33,051 bases of DNA, taken from positions 1 to 33,051 of IMG/VR virus record IMGVR_UViG_3300002091_000070; one strand, written 5' to 3'. This document shows positions 16,465 through 25,814 of the stretch, piece after piece. How positions within the stretch are numbered: position 1 is the stretch's first letter; the number at the start of each line of letters is the position of its first letter. The notes below the pieces were generated by a model. The model had not been told where the DNA came from. It worked only from the letters and a program-made list of their open reading frames with translations, and made no database searches. The translations under genes were made by a program, and so were the position numbers. The stretch comes from a virus (Duplodnaviria > Caudoviricetes).

Positions 16465-17755
16465 AATTAGAGATTATCAGGTACGAATAGCGAATAATGC
16501 TACTGAAATTTTAGAAAGAAAAAAATTAGTTTGCATTTTTGCCGAAGTCCGTTGTGGTAAAACTATAATGTCTTTAGAAACTTGTAAAAAGGTAAATGCT
16601 AAAACAGTTTTATTTATTACAAAAATTAAAGCGTTTTCAAGCGTTACAGATGATTACTATAATTTCGGTTACTCTAATAAATTTGAGTTAACAGTTATCA
16701 ATAGAGAGAGTTTGCACAAAGTAATTACAAATGATTTCGATGTAGTTATAATTGATGAAGTACACGGTTACGCATCCTATCCGAAACCGAGTAAATTCCA
16801 TAAGGATATTAAACAACGCTTTGGTAATTTACCTATGATATTATTATCAGGTACACCAACTCCAGAGAGTTACTCGCAATACTATCATATTTTTAATCTA
16901 TCCAATTACTCACCATTTAAACACGCAAATTTTTATAAATGGGCCAATGATTACGTAGATATTAAATTGAAATATTTAGGTTACGCACAAGTCAAAGATT
17001 ATAGCAACGCAAGAAAAAAAGACTTTTGGCATCATATACGTTACTATATTTTAACTTTTACACAAGCCGAGGCAGGGTTTACTACTTCGGTTAACGAAAT
17101 GTTGTTGGAGTGCGAGATGAAACCTATTACTTATAAAATTATCGACAAACTTAAAAAGGATTTAGTTGTTACCTCATCCACTACAAAAAAGCAAATAATA
17201 GCCGATACAGGGGTGAAGTTACAGCAGAAAATACACCAACTTTCAAGCGGAACTATTAAATTTGAAGATGGATCAATACAAGTAATTGATGACAGCAAAG
17301 CACAATTTATAAAAGAGAAGTTTGCAGGAGTTAAGATAGGGATATTTTATAATTTTGTTGCTGAATTACAAATGTTAAGTCAAGTTTTTGGAGCAGAAAA
17401 CTTGACAACTGACTTACAAGAATTTAATACAACCGATAAAAATATTGCTTTGCAGATTGTAAGCGGTAGGGAGGGAATAAGTTTAAAAGCAGCGGAGCAT
17501 TTAGTATTTTTTAATATTGCTTTTTCGGCTGTTAGTTACTTTCAAGCAAAAGACCGACTTACAACTATGGAGCGCAAAGAAAATACTATTTTTTGGATAT
17601 TCTCAAAGGGTGGAATTGAAGAAAAGATATACAAATCGGTGCAAGGTAAAAAAGATTATACACTTTCAACATTTAAAAAAGACTATGGAATTAGAACAAC
17701 AGATACAAAAGAGAATAACAACCAAATTAGAGCAAGAAGGTTACTTCGTACTTAA
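16457..17755 (+). CDS. Superfamily 2 (SNF2/DExH-like) helicase
   Basis: Q-motif RDYQ, RCGKT, IIDEVH, LSGTPT, GREGISL, QAKDRL. Confidence 0.85.
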   Translation: MFKIRDYQVRIANNATEILERKKLVCIFAEVRCGKTIMSLETCKKVNAKTVLFITKIKAFSSVTDDYYNFGYSNKFELTVINRESLHKVITNDFDVVIIDEVHGYASYPKPSKFHKDIKQRFGNLPMILLSGTPTPESYSQYYHIFNLSNYSPFKHANFYKWANDYVDIKLKYLGYAQVKDYSNARKKDFWHHIRYYILTFTQAEAGFTTSVNEMLLECEMKPITYKIIDKLKKDLVVTSSTTKKQIIADTGVKLQQKIHQLSSGTIKFEDGSIQVIDDSKAQFIKEKFAGVKIGIFYNFVAELQMLSQVFGAENLTTDLQEFNTTDKNIALQIVSGREGISLKAAEHLVFFNIAFSAVSYFQAKDRLTTMERKENTIFWIFSKGGIEEKIYKSVQGKKDYTLSTFKKDYGIRTTDTKENNNQIRARRLLRT

Positions 17756-17942
17756 AATTATAAAAGCAAACAAAAATGGTTATCCTGATTTGATTGCTAT
17801 TAAAAATAATATTACTACATTTGTAGAAGTGAAACGTCCAACAGGTAAATTATCAGAATTGCAGAAGGTAAGAATACAAGAATTAAGGAGTAAAGGTATT
17901 AACGTTAAAGTATGGCAAGATTATGATAAAGATTTCAAATAA
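17685..17942 (+). CDS. VRR-NUC domain nuclease (resolvase-like); start likely ATG 17685
   Basis: EQQIQKRI...GYPDLIAI...FVEVKRPTGKLSELQ PD-(D/E)xK pattern. Confidence 0.85.
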   Translation: MELEQQIQKRITTKLEQEGYFVLKIIKANKNGYPDLIAIKNNITTFVEVKRPTGKLSELQKVRIQELRSKGINVKVWQDYDKDFK

Positions 17943-18162
17943 TGTTAGTTTAGATTTAACACTTAACGAGCAAACCTCGACAACTGGGAGGCCTATACGC
18001 CTATCGGGTATTGCAAAGAATTTACAAATAGCAGAGAAGTGGGTTAACAAATCGTTTAAAAATCATTGGATTTACACCTTTAAGTATTTAGATGCTTACG
18101 ATGAATTTGTGAGTTTTGAATTTGATTATAACAATAAATTTGTAGGTATATGTCGGACATAA
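17923..18162 (+). CDS. Hypothetical protein
   Basis: ORF track; overlaps neighbours. Confidence 0.6.
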   Translation: MIKISNNVSLDLTLNEQTSTTGRPIRLSGIAKNLQIAEKWVNKSFKNHWIYTFKYLDAYDEFVSFEFDYNNKFVGICRT

Positions 18163-18371
18163 CAATGTGTACAGGGTTAATTTGTAACAAAAAAGAAACT
18201 TGCTATAGGTACAAAGCCGAAGCATCAACTCACCAACAGAGTTATTTTGTAATACCTCCGCATAAGAATGGACAATGCGATATGTATTTGCAATATTGCC
18301 CTAAATGCAATCAATATAATGGAGTGCATAAAATGGGATGCGAAACAAGAAAAGTAACTATAAAACTATGA
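18150..18371 (+). CDS. Small Cys-rich, probably Zn-binding protein
   Basis: DITMC...C....TCYRY and CPKC...HKMGC. Confidence 0.6.
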   Translation: MSDITMCTGLICNKKETCYRYKAEASTHQQSYFVIPPHKNGQCDMYLQYCPKCNQYNGVHKMGCETRKVTIKL

Positions 18372-18610
18372 CACCAAAAGACAAGGCAAGGGAGTTAATA
18401 AATAAATTCAATCATTTTCACGATACTGAAAAAAAAGAATATATTTTATACCAAAATCCTGCCGAGAGCATCCGTTGCGCTTTAATAGCAGTTGAGGAAG
18501 TTAGGAATTTTCACACAAATTTATTTTACGCAGCAAAAGGCAGTATATTTGATATTTATTTGGATAACGTTAAACACGAGATTGAGATATATGAAAATAC
18601 AAAGATTTAA
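18368..18610 (+). CDS. Small phage protein (MTPKDKARELI type); start likely ATG 18368
   Basis: ATGA overlap; MTPK.KA.EL...CALIAVEE pattern. Confidence 0.6.
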   Translation: MTPKDKARELINKFNHFHDTEKKEYILYQNPAESIRCALIAVEEVRNFHTNLFYAAKGSIFDIYLDNVKHEIEIYENTKI

Positions 18611-18713
18611 ACCTATCGTAAGAATTAAAAGAGTAATGAATTTTTATTACAATAGAGGCATCAATTCCGAGAGAGTAAATAATTTATACCGTAAAATAAT
18701 ATGCAAAGAATAA
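18591..18713 (+). CDS. Small basic protein (40 aa)
   Basis: MKIQRFKPIVRIKRVMNFYYNRGINSERVNNLYRKIICKE; overlaps both neighbours. Confidence 0.5.
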   Translation: MKIQRFKPIVRIKRVMNFYYNRGINSERVNNLYRKIICKE

Positions 18714-19891
18714 AATTAAATGAAATTAAATTAAATCCGAATAACCCAAGGTTAATAAAGGATGATAAATTTAAAAAGTTAGTCCAGTCTATTAAAGACT
18801 TTCCCGAAATGCTCGATATTAGGCCTATTGTAGTTAATAAAGATATGATTATTTTAGGCGGTAATATGCGATACAAGGCCTGCAAAGAAGCTGGATTAAA
18901 AGAGATACCAGTAATAGTTACAGATTTAAGCGAGTAACAACAAAGAGAGTTTTTAATTAAAGATAACATAAGCAGCGGCGAGTGGGATTGGGAAGTATTA
19001 GCAAATGAATGGAACGCAGAAGAATTAGATGCGTGGGGGTTAGACTTACCAGTTGATTTTAATACCGAAGTATTAGAAGCCGAAGAAGATGACTTTGAAG
19101 TCCCTGAAGGCGGAATTGAAACGGATATTGTACTTGGAGATTTATTTGAGATTGGTGAGCATCGTCTTATATGTGGAGACAGTACACAAACCGATACATT
19201 TGAAAAATTAATGAATGGGCATCTTGCGGATTTAGTTATAACAGATCCGCCTTATAACGTTGCTTACGAGGGTAAAACAAAAGACAAGCTAAAAATTGAT
19301 AATGATAATATGTCAAATGGAGATTTTTATCAATTTCTTTATGATTTTTACACTGCTCTTGGAGCTTATACAAAAAAAGGAGGGTCTTGGTATGTTTGGC
19401 ACGCTGATAGCGAAGGTGCAAACTTTAGACTTGCAATGGCCAATGCTGGGATAATGGTAAAACAATGCCTTATATGGGTAAAAAATATCATGGTAATGGG
19501 AAGACAAGATTATCAATGGAAACACGAACCTTGCCTTTATGGATGGAAAGAGGGTGCTTCTCACGGATGGTATTCTGACAGAAAACAAACAACAGTTTTA
19601 AACTTTGATAGACCTTCAAGAAATGCTGAACACCCAACAATGAAACCTGTTATATTGTTTTCATATCAAATAGAAAATAGCAGTAAGCAAGGAGATATTG
19701 TAGCAGATGCATTTGCAGGAAGCGGAACTACAATGGTGGCTTGTCAACAATTAAATAGAAAGGCTTATGTTGTAGAGTTTGATCCTAAATATTGCCAAGT
19801 AATAATTGACCGAATGATTAAACTTAATCCAACAATAGAAGTAAAACGAAATGGTATAAAATATGAAAGTAATACAATCACAACAGAATAA
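18701..19891 (+). pseudogene. ParB-like N-domain fused to N4/N6 DNA methyltransferase, interrupted by in-frame TAA 18935-18937
   Basis: NPNNPR..RPIVV..GGNMR (ParB); frame continues DLSE*QQREFLIKDN...HRLICGDS into DPPY, HPTMKP, DAFAGSGTT; 18701 and 19211 ORFs share a frame with no other stop. Confidence 0.8.
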
Positions 19892-20033
19892 TATAATCAA
19901 TACTTTTTCATCTGTAACCGATGCATCAAAGAAATTAAATATAAAAAGAGATTTGATTTTAAGATGTTGTCAAGATAAACAGAAAAGCGCAAAAGGATAT
20001 AACTTCAATTACGATGGCATACGACAGGATTAA
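19863..20033 (+). CDS. Stand-alone NUMOD1-like DNA-binding protein (56 aa; not in ORF track)
   Basis: KVIQ...IINTFSSVTDASKKLNI....ILRCC..KQKSAKGYNFNY fits NUMOD1 pattern. Confidence 0.65.
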   Translation: MKVIQSQQNNIINTFSSVTDASKKLNIKRDLILRCCQDKQKSAKGYNFNYDGIRQD

Positions 20034-20388
20034 AATATTTGAACAAGCAAAAGAGGTAATAGTAAAACATAAGTTATTCTTCGTGGATGATATTGTGGCT
20101 TTTTTGCCTTGTTCAAAGCAAACTTTTTACGATTTTTTTCCTGTTAATTCTGACAAACTTGACGAGCTAAAAGAATTATTAAACCAAAATCGAACTACTC
20201 TAAAAGTATCAATGCGGTCAAAATGGTATACTTCAAACGCTCCAGCTTTGCAAATGGCATTGATGAAATTAATTGCAACACCAGAGGAATTGAAAAAGTT
20301 ATCGATGCAATACATCGAGAGCGAGAATACAAATAAAAACGAGAACACCACAACAATAAAATGGGGTGATAACGAGGTAAAAGTTTAA
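20014..20388 (+). CDS. Terminase small subunit (putative)
   Basis: N-terminal HTH-like (FLPCSKQTFY); TAATG coupling to TerL. Confidence 0.65.
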   Translation: MAYDRIKIFEQAKEVIVKHKLFFVDDIVAFLPCSKQTFYDFFPVNSDKLDELKELLNQNRTTLKVSMRSKWYTSNAPALQMALMKLIATPEELKKLSMQYIESENTNKNENTTTIKWGDNEVKV

Positions 20389-21752
20389 TGGAGTTAACAC
20401 CAAAGCAAACTGAAGCAATGCAACTGCTACAAAGTGAGCAGTATAATTTCATTTTGTATGGTGGCGCAATTCGTGGAGGCAAATCTGTTTGGGGTTTATC
20501 CGCTTTGCTTATTATGTGCGAGGTATTTCCTCGTTCAAGGTGGTGCGTTATTAGGGAGGACATGGAGAAAATCCGAACTACTACTATACCTTCGTTTAGA
20601 AAAATAGAGCCTAGTGGAACGGTTAGGCAATCGCCTTACGAATATCATCACCCAAACGGTAGCGTTATACTTTTTAAATCAGAAAACTACTCACAGGATA
20701 AGGATTTAGATTGGATGAAAGGGTTAGAGGTCAACGGTTTTTTATTCGAGGAGATAAACGAATGCCAACAGCAAACTTTTTATAAGGCTTTTGAGAGAGC
20801 GGGTAGTTGGATAATAAAAGACAGCATTCAACCCAAGCCAGTTATTTTAGCAACTTGTAATCCTACATTTGGCTGGGTAAAGACTTTAATATACGACAGA
20901 TGGAAGGATAACACTTTACCTAACGAATGGGTTTATATTCCAGCAAAGATAACCGACAACCCATATTTGCCTCAGGCTTATCTTGATAACCTTAAAAACC
21001 TACCTACTTTTGAGTATATGGTTTTCGTTGAAGGCAATTGGGATATACAACTAAAAACGGGCGGAGAGTTTTACAAATGTTTTGAAATTGATCAACACGT
21101 TAAGCATACAGCTTATAACCCAGCTTTACCATTACATATCAGTTGGGATGATAATGTTAACCCTTATTTGCCTTGTGGTATCTTCCAAATAGAGGGCAAA
21201 GAATTACGAATGATTGATGAGATAAGCGGAGTATCACCAAACAACACCGTTAAAGCGGTATGTAATGAGATTATCCGTAAGTTTCAAGGCCACGAGAGCG
21301 GAATGTTTGTTTATGGTGATGCTACAGCCAATAAATCAGATACTAAACTCGAACACGGGTATAACTTTTATCGATTGATATTAGATAACCTTGCTCAATT
21401 TAAACCTCGCAATAGAGTGCAAGACAGTAACCCAAGCGTGGTAATGCGTGGTAATTTTATTAACACTATCTTTGAAAAGAATTTCGACGGAATTAAAGTT
21501 ATTATAGGAGAGAATTGCAAGACGGCAATAAGTGATTTGATAGGCTTAAAAGAGGCAAGCGATGGAACTAAACTCAAAGAAATGGGTACAAATCCACAGA
21601 CAGGAGCGAGGTTTCAAAAAATAGGACATTATTCTGATTTATTTGATTATATTTGTTGCACGGCATTTAGTGTTGAGTTTCAAAATTATCAAAGAGGTAG
21701 TAAAAGTATGGGAATTTCAATAGGTAGAAACAAATCAAAAAGCGGATATTAA
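20388..21752 (+). CDS. terL: Terminase large subunit
   Basis: LTPKQ, YGGAIRGGKS Walker A, FLFEE Walker B, ATCNP, DNPYL, nuclease ISWD...YGD...HYSD. Confidence 0.9.
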   Translation: MELTPKQTEAMQLLQSEQYNFILYGGAIRGGKSVWGLSALLIMCEVFPRSRWCVIREDMEKIRTTTIPSFRKIEPSGTVRQSPYEYHHPNGSVILFKSENYSQDKDLDWMKGLEVNGFLFEEINECQQQTFYKAFERAGSWIIKDSIQPKPVILATCNPTFGWVKTLIYDRWKDNTLPNEWVYIPAKITDNPYLPQAYLDNLKNLPTFEYMVFVEGNWDIQLKTGGEFYKCFEIDQHVKHTAYNPALPLHISWDDNVNPYLPCGIFQIEGKELRMIDEISGVSPNNTVKAVCNEIIRKFQGHESGMFVYGDATANKSDTKLEHGYNFYRLILDNLAQFKPRNRVQDSNPSVVMRGNFINTIFEKNFDGIKVIIGENCKTAISDLIGLKEASDGTKLKEMGTNPQTGARFQKIGHYSDLFDYICCTAFSVEFQNYQRGSKSMGISIGRNKSKSGY

Positions 21753-21756
21753 AAAT

Positions 21757-21945
21757 ATGTACTACATAGTCAATAAAAAAACAGGCGTAATTTCTAATTT
21801 TGTAAAGGTTAGAAGCGCGGCGAAATTCCTTAAGGAATTAAAAGGAGATAAAACCGAGGTTAAAAAAGATGAGATTATAGACCTTTGCAATATCTTTGCA
21901 AAACATAAAAATAAAATTGCAATAGATTATGAGTTACCTAAATAA
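21757..21945 (+). CDS. Small protein, weakly NUMOD1-like
   Basis: YIVNKKTGVISNFVKVRSAAKFL resembles NUMOD1/IENR1 start. Confidence 0.45.
   Translation: MYYIVNKKTGVISNFVKVRSAAKFLKELKGDKTEVKKDEIIDLCNIFAKHKNKIAIDYELPK
21891..21898 (+). promoter_or_regulatory. Possible -7 promoter element for the head operon
   Basis: TATCTTTG 30 nt upstream of the 21929 ATG with A-rich leader. Confidence 0.45.
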
Positions 21946-22336
21946 CAAAGATTTTCTTTTATTAATACAGGATGTAAACCTGCAACAAATAATAAACGAA
22001 AACGAAGCAATTAGACAACAAGCAGAACTAACCGCAATCGGTGAGGCTCGTTCCTATTTAATTCAAAAATATTTATTTGATGACGAATTAGCGAAAGTTG
22101 GAACAGCACGTGATCCGCAATTATTAAACTACATCATTGATATTGCTCTTTATCATTTACATAGCAGAATTGCACCGAGAAACATTCCGGAATTACGTAT
22201 CACTCGTTATGATAACGCTATTTCTTGGTTAAAAATGTGTGCGCTTGGTGAGGTTACTCCTAAATTGGAGTTACAACCAACATCAGGCAGAATGATACAA
22301 TGGGGTAGTAATGAACGAAATACAAACATTTACTAA
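21929..22336 (+). CDS. Mu gp36-like (DUF1320) head-tail connector
   Basis: AIGEARSYL..KY; DIALYHLH.R; RYDNAISWL. Confidence 0.8.
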   Translation: MSYLNNKDFLLLIQDVNLQQIINENEAIRQQAELTAIGEARSYLIQKYLFDDELAKVGTARDPQLLNYIIDIALYHLHSRIAPRNIPELRITRYDNAISWLKMCALGEVTPKLELQPTSGRMIQWGSNERNTNIY

Positions 22337-23653
22337 ATGGCATCAATTAAAAATATGTTACCAAAAGGCTTTCTTTGGTTCGGGCAACCAAATGTACCGA
22401 ACATCCTAAGAAGCGAAGAAGCCAAATCCCATTTATCGAAAACTACTCTACCGATAAGGTTGGCTCGTATAAAACAAGACACTCTATCTTGGCGTACCGC
22501 TTGTGAGGAAGCAGAGAGACCTTTTAACCCGTTTAGAGTTTTGATGCAACAAATCTATATCGACACTATTTTAGACGGTCATGTAAAAGCTTGCGTTGAA
22601 CGTAGAAAAGATTTAACATCTTTAAGAGATTGGCAGATAGTAGATAGTAAAGGAGAGGTAAACGATGACGTTGCTAAACTTATTAATAAACCTTGGTTTA
22701 ACCGTTTTATTTCACACTCTTTAGATACTATTTTCTATGGATATAGTTTGATTGAGTTAGGCGATTGCGTAGATAACCAATTTAAAGATTTAAAAGTCAC
22801 AAAACGTTGGTATGTTTCTCCAGACAGATGTGTTGTTTCTAACATGGCTTATAACTTATCCGGTACACCGTTTAAGGACGAACCTTGGAGTGATTGGCAT
22901 GTTTATTTAAATACCCCAAACGAAATAGGTACTAGCGATAGTGGATATGGGTTATTTTATGAGGTGGCGGTATATCAAATATTTTTACGTAATATTTTAG
23001 GATATAATGGCGACTTTTTAGAGTTATTCGGTCAACCTATTAGAGTTGGTAAAACAAACAAAACAGAATTAGCAGAACGTGAGAACTTTGCAGAAGCCTT
23101 AAGAGATATGGGTTCAGCAGGCTGGGTGTTAATGGATGCTATTGATGACCAAATAGAACTTATCGAAAGCGGTAATGTTGGTAGTGCTTGGCAGGCTTAT
23201 TCTAACTTTGAGAAACGTTTACAAGGTTTAATATCAAAACTTATTTTAGGTCATGCCGATGCTTTAGATAGCACAGCGGGTAAATTAGGAGCAACACAAG
23301 GAAGTGAAAGCCCTAGCGAGCAGGCAATGGAGGATAAACAGTCTAAAGACGGGGTGTTTATTACTGATGTTATTAATAGCGAGTTGTTTCCTAGATTAAG
23401 AAAGTTTGGATTTAATATTCCAGATGATTGTACTTTTGAGTTTAAGAATGACAGAGAAGTACACGAAAATAACGACAGGGTAATAGGTCAAGCGGTTGAG
23501 ATTAAAAAAGCAGGGTTACAAATGGATAAAGACTATTTCGAGGAGCAAACAGGTATTAAATTATTTGATTTACCAGCCGTTCAGTCAAGTCCCGAACCAA
23601 TACAAACGCCAACTACAAGCATAAAAGATAAACTTAAAAATATGTATAGATAA
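22337..23653 (+). CDS. Portal protein (DUF935 / Mu gp29-like)
   Basis: DGHVKACVERRK, FYGYSLIEL, FLELFGQP.RVGK, ISKLILG. Confidence 0.85.
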   Translation: MASIKNMLPKGFLWFGQPNVPNILRSEEAKSHLSKTTLPIRLARIKQDTLSWRTACEEAERPFNPFRVLMQQIYIDTILDGHVKACVERRKDLTSLRDWQIVDSKGEVNDDVAKLINKPWFNRFISHSLDTIFYGYSLIELGDCVDNQFKDLKVTKRWYVSPDRCVVSNMAYNLSGTPFKDEPWSDWHVYLNTPNEIGTSDSGYGLFYEVAVYQIFLRNILGYNGDFLELFGQPIRVGKTNKTELAERENFAEALRDMGSAGWVLMDAIDDQIELIESGNVGSAWQAYSNFEKRLQGLISKLILGHADALDSTAGKLGATQGSESPSEQAMEDKQSKDGVFITDVINSELFPRLRKFGFNIPDDCTFEFKNDREVHENNDRVIGQAVEIKKAGLQMDKDYFEEQTGIKLFDLPAVQSSPEPIQTPTTSIKDKLKNMYR

Positions 23654-24153
23654 TGAAACCAAATACTTTAAATCAATCGACAATAGATGCGTTATTAGTT
23701 AGACTAAAAGACGAGTTCACAGCTTATTATTTTTATCGTTCCGCATCCAATTGGTGTAAAAATGTAGGCTTCGGCAAGGCTTCGGAATACTTCGCAAACG
23801 AAAGCGCAGACGAATTAGTACACGCCAAGAAAATCGAAAACTTTTTAGTTGATTGGAATGTTGATGTAACGCTTCCTGTTATTAATACGCCACAAAGTAC
23901 ATTTTTAAATTTAGTAGATGTAATCGAAAAGGCCTACAATTTAGAATACACGCTTTATCTTGGATATGAATTTACAAGCGATGAGATTATCACGCGCAAG
24001 GAACACACAACTTATGGCTTTCTACAATTCTTTAGAGATATACAATTGAAGTCAGTTGCAGAATATAGTGATATGCTTAATCTATTGGATGGTGTGGATA
24101 TAAGAGATAAATCGAAATTGTTGTTATTAGACGAGCATTTATTTGGTGAGTAA
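23653..24153 (+). CDS. Ferritin (non-haem FtnA-like four-helix bundle)
   Basis: E21, Y28, E54, H57, E98, Q131 spaced as FtnA ferroxidase residues; WC...GF...YF..ES.DE..HA.KI motif. Confidence 0.8.
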   Translation: MKPNTLNQSTIDALLVRLKDEFTAYYFYRSASNWCKNVGFGKASEYFANESADELVHAKKIENFLVDWNVDVTLPVINTPQSTFLNLVDVIEKAYNLEYTLYLGYEFTSDEIITRKEHTTYGFLQFFRDIQLKSVAEYSDMLNLLDGVDIRDKSKLLLLDEHLFGE

Positions 24154-24896
24154 TGAAATATACTGAAAAGCAAATTAACAATCTATTGGAGGGCATCTAC
24201 GCAGGTGATATTGATGTGGATAGTCTTCCAGTAGACTTGTATAAAGCTATTTCAGCATTTTTAGTTAGCGGGCTTGGTAAAATTGACGGAACTATAAGTA
24301 AATCGATGTTATCAGAATTAACTGCTAATTTAGAGATTTTTTCGGGGTGTAAAGTTTACCATAGCGTTAGAGAAATGAGTTTGTTAAAAGATGACGAAAC
24401 ATTAAAAACGTTTAAGGAATTTTCAGTAGAAGCCGAAAAGACTTTTGACCAATATTACAAACAATGGGCGCAAACAGAATACAGCACAACAATAGGTCAA
24501 GCGCAAATGGTGGAGCGTTGGGAGCAAATCGAACAACAAAAAGAAACATTACCGTTTTTAAGATATAGCGCCGTAATCGATAGCCAAACAAGTGATATTT
24601 GTTTACCTTTAGACGGGATTTGTTTACCTGTAGCAGATAGCTTTTGGGATAGCAACACGCCGTTAAATCATTTTAATTGTAGATGCACTATTGAGCAGTT
24701 AGACGAATTTGATGCAGTATTAACACCACAAACCAAAGCCGATGAAGTCAGTAAAGAAATGGACGACAAAAGAGAGGATTTATTTAACTCTAATCCTTAT
24801 CGTGATAAAGCTATATTTAATGAAACACACCCTTATTTCGATATTCCGAAAGAAGGTTTAGATAGTGTTTTAAAATTGGTAGACGATGGCGAATAA
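24153..24896 (+). CDS. Minor head protein (Mu gpF / SPP1 gp7-like)
   Basis: QTEYSTTI, LRYSAVID, FWD...PLNHFNCRC. Confidence 0.85.
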   Translation: MKYTEKQINNLLEGIYAGDIDVDSLPVDLYKAISAFLVSGLGKIDGTISKSMLSELTANLEIFSGCKVYHSVREMSLLKDDETLKTFKEFSVEAEKTFDQYYKQWAQTEYSTTIGQAQMVERWEQIEQQKETLPFLRYSAVIDSQTSDICLPLDGICLPVADSFWDSNTPLNHFNCRCTIEQLDEFDAVLTPQTKADEVSKEMDDKREDLFNSNPYRDKAIFNETHPYFDIPKEGLDSVLKLVDDGE

Positions 24897-25356
24897 ATTT
24901 AACTTTGGGCAAATAGCACGTAAATTCAAATCTTTGGATTTATCTTTGGATATTGCCAACACGGCAAAAATGGAGTTTATACAGAATTTCAGAAACCAAA
25001 GTTTTAACGGTAAAAAATGGGCAGAAGTTGAGAGAAGAAAACCCGAAAGCGAATGGTACAAACGAGGAACTCAAAGCGATAGAAACAGAGCAATTTTACA
25101 AGGTAAAGGAAGCGGACAACTTAGAGGAGATGTTGAAAACTCCGTTAAAGAAGGGCACAAAAACGGAAATTTAAGTTATACCTTAGTTGTAAATAACAAA
25201 TATGCAGCGGTACATAATGAAGGATTGAACGCTAAAATTTACGGTAAAAAATCTTTTAAGATGCCACAAAGACAATTCGTTGGAATGACACCCGAATTAA
25301 ATAAAAAACTATTAATGAAAATTAATCAAAAAGTAATGAAAATATGGGCGATATAA
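24886..25356 (+). CDS. Virion morphogenesis / neck protein (Mu gpG-like)
   Basis: YAAVHNEG...MPQRQFVG. Confidence 0.8.
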   Translation: MANKFNFGQIARKFKSLDLSLDIANTAKMEFIQNFRNQSFNGKKWAEVERRKPESEWYKRGTQSDRNRAILQGKGSGQLRGDVENSVKEGHKNGNLSYTLVVNNKYAAVHNEGLNAKIYGKKSFKMPQRQFVGMTPELNKKLLMKINQKVMKIWAI

Positions 25357-25814
25357 TTCAACAAATAATAGACAGACTAAAATTAATAGAGGAATTTAAA
25401 TTCGTTACTATTTGGAATAATCAATTTCAATATATGAAGGATGGTTCGCTTTATTCCTTCCCTATGCCGTGCGCATTAGTAGAGGTGCAAACAAACGATA
25501 CCCAAGCAATAGGCGGATATATTCAAGGCTCGGATATTGATTTGATTATTCATATAGGGCAAGATTTTTATAACGGAACTAATATGGACGAAAATTTTAA
25601 TATATTTGTTTTGCGTGATTTAGTAGTTAAATCACTTTCTCATTTTAAATCAATTAAAAGTAGTATATTTACAAAAATTAGTGAGGAGCAAGATTTTGAA
25701 CACTCAAACGTTTACCATTATAAGGTACAATTTAAAACGCAATGGATTGACGAAACAGCGAAACCACAAGAATATTATACAACAGGATCAACTAATTTAG
25801 AAACGAATACATAA
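25344..25814 (+). CDS. Tail terminator / completion protein (Mu gp37-like)
   Basis: IWNNQ...FPMPCALVE; position after gpG-like gene. Confidence 0.6.
   Translation: MGDIIQQIIDRLKLIEEFKFVTIWNNQFQYMKDGSLYSFPMPCALVEVQTNDTQAIGGYIQGSDIDLIIHIGQDFYNGTNMDENFNIFVLRDLVVKSLSHFKSIKSSIFTKISEEQDFEHSNVYHYKVQFKTQWIDETAKPQEYYTTGSTNLETNT

Larger units (their letters stand above)
15834..16549 (+). mobile_element. Free-standing homing endonuclease cassette (promoter, leader, HNH, replacement helicase 5' end)
   Basis: Bounded by duplicated helicase N-terminal coding segments ending ...MEV and ...AEV. Confidence 0.6.

Noticed and set aside
15834-16549. Group I intron in the helicase gene
   Set aside because: No room or recognisable core for a ribozyme; the insert has its own promoter and a complete new helicase start, so splicing is unnecessary.
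9923-18937. Genome-wide TAA reassignment suggested by two in-frame TAA codons
   Set aside because: TAA is the normal stop of most genes, often in TAATG overlaps, long genes have no internal TAA, and the tRNA-like element has no TTA anticodon.
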